This document shows, piece by piece, positions 63,687 through 64,000 of a stretch of 64,000 bases of DNA (positions within the stretch are counted from its first letter, which is position 1; each line of letters starts with the position of its first letter). The notes under the pieces are model-generated. The model saw only the letters and a program-made list of their open reading frames with translations. It searched no databases and had not been told where the DNA came from. The DNA is from Amphiscolops sp. MND2022 (Eukaryota). The DNA lies in NCBI GenBank assembly GCA_964187785.1, contig OZ076411.1, positions 80,476,001 to 80,540,000 on the forward strand. Reading direction: 5' to 3'. The position numbers were made by a program, and so were the translations under genes.

Positions 63687-64000
63687 AATGGAAACAGGGG
63701 AGGAGGAAAATGATAGGAAAATGATGATCCATAGAGTAAGTGAAGAGGGTTATATTTTGGTGTGTTTAGAGAAGAAGAGAATTTGAGAGAGTCAATGCAA
63801 AAAAAAGAAATGTTGTTAGCCTTATGGGTATCAACTGTTCAATCAAACATTTTACAACAAAATGAACAGAAAGGAAGTGAAAAAATGGCTAATGCAATTA
63901 GAGGTGTCAAACGTCAAGCCTAGGTGACTAGAAATAAGACAATGACAAGTCATTGAGTAGAAGGGATACAATGACAGGTCTGGCAAGTGATCCAATTAAC

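Larger units (their letters stand above)
53760..64000 (-). mobile_element. Decayed env-bearing element (probably the 3' accessory region of another large LTR retrotransposon), extends beyond the window
   Basis: Strong strand asymmetry (purine-rich plus strand). A series of broken minus-strand ORFs around a recognisable env. No gag/pol motifs seen inside the window. Confidence 0.6.

Noticed and set aside
1-64000. rRNA, tRNA, prokaryotic operons or defence systems
   Set aside because: No such motifs or gene organisation seen. All recognisable proteins are eukaryotic mobile-element types.

Overview
Eukaryotic, repeat-dense window. I found no recognisable host gene, rRNA, tRNA or CRISPR array, and there is a 200-N scaffold gap at 14623-14822. 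Almost all of it is nested mobile DNA. (1) 1-12634 (+) is the 3' half of a very large Ty3/Gypsy LTR retrotransposon (E1). Its post-integrase accessory region (two TARG1-like macrodomain remnants plus an unknown ORF X) is tandemly triplicated in ~2.47-kb units. (2) ~14880-18710 is a heavily decayed Gypsy gag-pol interrupted by a small foldback element. (3) 19576-30324 (-) is a related Gypsy element (E2). It has lost most of gag-pol but keeps the same accessory cassette, plus an SGNH-esterase-like domain and a clean 314-bp internal inversion, and it shares an LTR with a second truncated copy. (4) 34091-50741 is the most striking feature: a 16.65-kb Polinton/Maverick-type element with AGTAGT...ACTACT ends and a perfect 6-bp target-site duplication (ACTATT). 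It is almost wholly a palindrome, with two ~8.1-kb arms each carrying a full-length but frameshifted protein-primed DNA polymerase B gene around a ~415-bp spacer. I could not recognise integrase, ATPase, protease or capsid genes in it. (5) ~53760-64000 (-) is a decayed element carrying a chuvirus-G-like (class III fusion) env gene and other unknown ORFs. Several MITE-like insertions are also present. All identities and family assignments are by-eye motif comparisons from memory, not database searches.
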